Source: an uncultured delta proteobacterium
GTDB taxonomy: Bacteria > Desulfobacterota > Syntrophobacteria > Syntrophobacterales > Syntrophobacteraceae
Length of the DNA stretch: 64,000 nucleotides
Reading direction: 5' to 3'
Assembly (NCBI GenBank): GCA_963808625.1
Contig: CAWEHK010000015.1
Span: 1 to 64,000, forward strand
The translations under genes and the position numbers were made by a program. Below the pieces are notes generated by a model. That model searched no databases, had not been told where the DNA came from, and saw only the letters and a list, made by a program, of their open reading frames with translations. Below are positions 61,375 to 64,000 of the stretch, piece after piece; position 1 is the stretch's first letter; every line of letters begins with the position of its first letter.

Positions 61375-63202
61375 ATGCAGCATAATTACGGTTATTTTGA
61401 AGACGATCATATCGGTCAGATGGGTGACGTCAGGCTCTGGCGGCGTTTGTTCGGGTTCATCCTCCCCCAGTGGCGATGGGTGGCGGTTGCGGTTCTGCTG
61501 TCCTTCATTGTAACCGCGACCAGCCTGACATTGCCGCGTCTGATCCAGGTGGGAATGGATCGTTATATCATCGGCGCGGACCTTGGGCTGGAAGAACGCC
61601 TGTCGGGGTTGACGCAGCTCGGGCTGCTGTTTCTGGGGGTGATCGTAATCGGTTTCGTCACCAATTTCTTCCAGGTCATTGCCCTCGAATGGACCGGACA
61701 AAACATCATGCACGCCATTCGTCAGCACCTCTTCACTCACGTGCTGAGCCTGAATCTCGCTTTCTTCAACGCGCATCCGGTGGGAAGACTGGTCACGCGC
61801 CTCACCAACGACATCCAGAACATGTATGAAATGTTCACCTCGGTCATCATCACGCTCTTTAACGATGGCGTCCGCCTCCTGGGTATTCTCGCCATTCTCT
61901 ACTGGATGAACTGGCGTCTGGCCTTGCTGCTCTGTGCCACCTTTCCGATCATGCTCGTCATCACCTTCTGGTTTGGCCGTTTGAGCCGCGACGCCTTTCG
62001 GCGAATTGCGCACCCATCTGGCGGCGATCAATGCGTTCCTCCAGGAAGCCGTCTCAGGAGTCTCCGTCATCCAGCTCTTTCTGAGGGAAAAGGACGCCCA
62101 CCGGAGGTTCGCGAAGCTGAGCGACCGGTATTATCACTCAGCCTATTATCAAATCTGGATCTTCGGCATTTTCATCCCGTTGATCGAAGTGATGAGCTCC
62201 GTCTCGTTGGCCTTGATCATCTGGTACGGAGGCAAGGAAATCCTGCAGGAACACATGACCATAGGGGTGCTGGCAGCCTTCATCGCGTACATGAGGCTTT
62301 TTTTCCAGCCCGTGCGCGAGCTCTCCCAGAAATACTCCATCGTGCAGTCTGCCATGGCTTCGGCAGAGCGGATCTTCCACCTCCTGGAGACCAGGGATGT
62401 CCTGCCGACGGTGGAGCATCCGGTTGTTCCCGGGAGACGTCCGGGGCGAAATTGCGTTCACGCAGGTGGATTTTGCTTACGAGCCGGGCCAGCCCGGTAA
62501 TCAGGGACCTTTCATTTCAGACGCGTGCGGGTGAAACACTGGCGATTGTGGGCGCTACGGGGTCCGGAAAGACAACGCTGATCAACCTTCTCGAGCGGTT
62601 TTACGATCCCTGCGAGGGGTCCATCAGTCTGGATGGTGTGGATCTGCGCCAGTTTGACCCGAACTGGCTGAGGGAACAAATCGGATTGGTCATGCAGGAC
62701 GTGTTCATTGTGCCTGGCACGGTAAGAGAAAATATTGTGCTGGACCGGCGAGCTTTCTCGAGAGGAACTGGAAAGGATCGTCGAGCTCTCCCAGCTTTCG
62801 GCAATGGTCAGGAGGCTTCCCCAGGGACTGGAAACCAAAATCGGGGAAGGCGCCATGGACCTCTCGGCCGGTCAGAAACAACTCCTCGCTCTTGCCCGGG
62901 TGTTTGCCCGGAATCCCCGCATCCTGGTGCTGGACGAGGCCACGGCAAATGTGGACACGGAAACGGAAATGTTTGTGGAACAGGCCATCCAGGCCGCTCT
63001 GGCAAACCGCACGAGCATCGTCATCGCCCATCGCCTGTCCACCATCCGGAGGGCTGACCGCATTCTGGTCATGGACCATGGTCGGATCGTGGAACAGGGA
63101 ACCCATGAAGCCCTGATGGAGCAACATGGGCTCTATTACCACCTGCAGACCTTGCAGAATGGAGAGCAGTGGTCAGTGAACAGTGGCAGGGTTAGTGATT
63201 AG
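61375..63202 (+). CDS. Heterodimeric ABC exporter subunit B (MdlB-like), several frameshifts
   Basis: PVGRLVTRLTND, GATGSGKTT, LSAGQKQL and LDEATANVD spread over ORFs 61375, 62006 and 62735. Confidence 0.9.
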
Positions 63203-63370
63203 TGGCTAGTGGTTAGTGACTGGTGATTAGAAGCTATCTCAATATCGTCAAGGCGCTACTCAATCGTCATTCCGGCGAAAGCCGGAATCCAGGTTTTCCG
63301 TGGCGTTCTGGACCCCGGCTTCCGCCGGGGTGACGATATGGGCCAGTTTTGGATAGCTTCTTAGTGGTTG
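63168..63370. repeat. TAGTGGT-like heptamer array interrupted by REP-like palindrome copy 3 (63265-63335) with outer 10-bp inverted repeats
   Basis: CGTCATTCCGGCGAAAGCCGGAATCCAG...CCGGGGTGACG; AGAAGCTATC / GATAGCTTCT; TAGTGGT resumes afterwards. Confidence 0.78.
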
Positions 63371-63494
63371 GCTTCTCCAACGCACCGTGTTCCCGCAGCT
63401 TTCACCGCTCACTCATGGCTCCCAGCCCCGCTTTTTGTGCCCACTTAATCGGACACCCAGCACTGCTAGCACTCACGCCCTCGCCCACCTATCT

Positions 63495-64000
63495 CTAGCG
63501 CAAAAAAGCCCCGATCTTTCCTGCCGCCTCCAGTTGCTTGCGGGCATCAGCACCGCGGATCTCGTCGCTCCTTCCACCCATTTCCAGGACGCGCTCGGAA
63601 GTTAGCCAGAGCATGTCCTCGACGGTCTCCAGCAGCTTGGAGCAATAGGGGCAGTTTGCGTTCGAGGGGGCCTGATCTAACAGCACGTCGCAGCCGGGGC
63701 ATCGATACCCGCCCAGTCTCACCCCGAAAGGATAAAGCAGGCGATGGACACGACCCTGGTTGACGGCGTCAAGGGTGGCATTGAGTCCCAGGACAGCCTT
63801 CTTGGCCGCGGGCTCGGTTTTTTGAGCCATGGTTACGAGGTCTTCCACCAACGCCAGTTCCTGACTACGTTCCAGCTTCTCGATGGAGGGAAAGGAAAGT
63901 TCGAGGACTTCGTTGGCTTTTGCCGACGACGCGATCCTCAGTCGGTCCACCACGCGAGGCGCCACCGCTTTGGGTAAGAGGCGCTGCAGTTCCGCCGTAA
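63495..64000 (-). CDS. eRF1/Pelota-like (baeRF) protein with a Zn-ribbon insert, 5' end outside the window
   Basis: AVLGLNATLDAVNQGRVHRLL, CPGC...CPYC, C-terminal GKIGAFLR as in eRF1 domain 3. Confidence 0.75.
   Translation of the reverse strand, partial: TAELQRLLPKAVAPRVVDRLRIASSAKANEVLELSFPSIEKLERSQELALVEDLVTMAQKTEPAAKKAVLGLNATLDAVNQGRVHRLLYPFGVRLGGYRCPGCDVLLDQAPSNANCPYCSKLLETVEDMLWLTSERVLEMGGRSDEIRGADARKQLEAAGKIGAFLR

Noticed and set aside
1..64000. tRNA, rRNA, prophage or integrase genes
   Set aside because: None recognised by eye; a covariance-model scan was not possible.

Overview
Bacterial chromosomal window whose gene content suggests an anaerobic Desulfobacterota/Syntrophobacterales-like host (inference). 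Many conserved genes are split by single-base indels in short homopolymers, typical of an unpolished long-read assembly. Host-like blocks (1-28.8 kb and 58.3-64 kb) encode a TetR-regulated RND efflux operon, tsaD, rsmA, a LysR regulator, ABC-F and ABC exporters, TolC/EmrA, a beta-CASP RNase, a beta-oxidation operon, a flavodoxin-like protein and an eRF1-like protein. Their spacers carry 7/8/9-mer tandem arrays and REP-like palindromes. Between them is an accessory region of about 29 kb with TA remnants, a specialised GrpE/Hsp70/J-domain module and a complete IS1595 with 8-bp target duplication. Its highlight is a convergent locus at 36.9-48.6 kb: a ZorA/ZorB-like (MotA/MotB-type) pair with no zorC/D/E faces an operon built around a ~1565-aa ORF carrying both tubulin/FtsZ GTPase and actin/Hsp70 ATPase motifs, plus a vWA lipoprotein, a triple-repeat membrane protein, a possible GrpE-like protein and a 38-aa Zn-ribbon microprotein. 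Further on are a small alarmone synthetase, an apparently exported beta-CASP nuclease with an exported OB-fold partner, a pentapeptide-repeat protein with an in-frame TAG, and a SLOG plus nucleoside-deoxyribosyltransferase-like fusion. All calls come from reading motifs by eye; no database searches were run.
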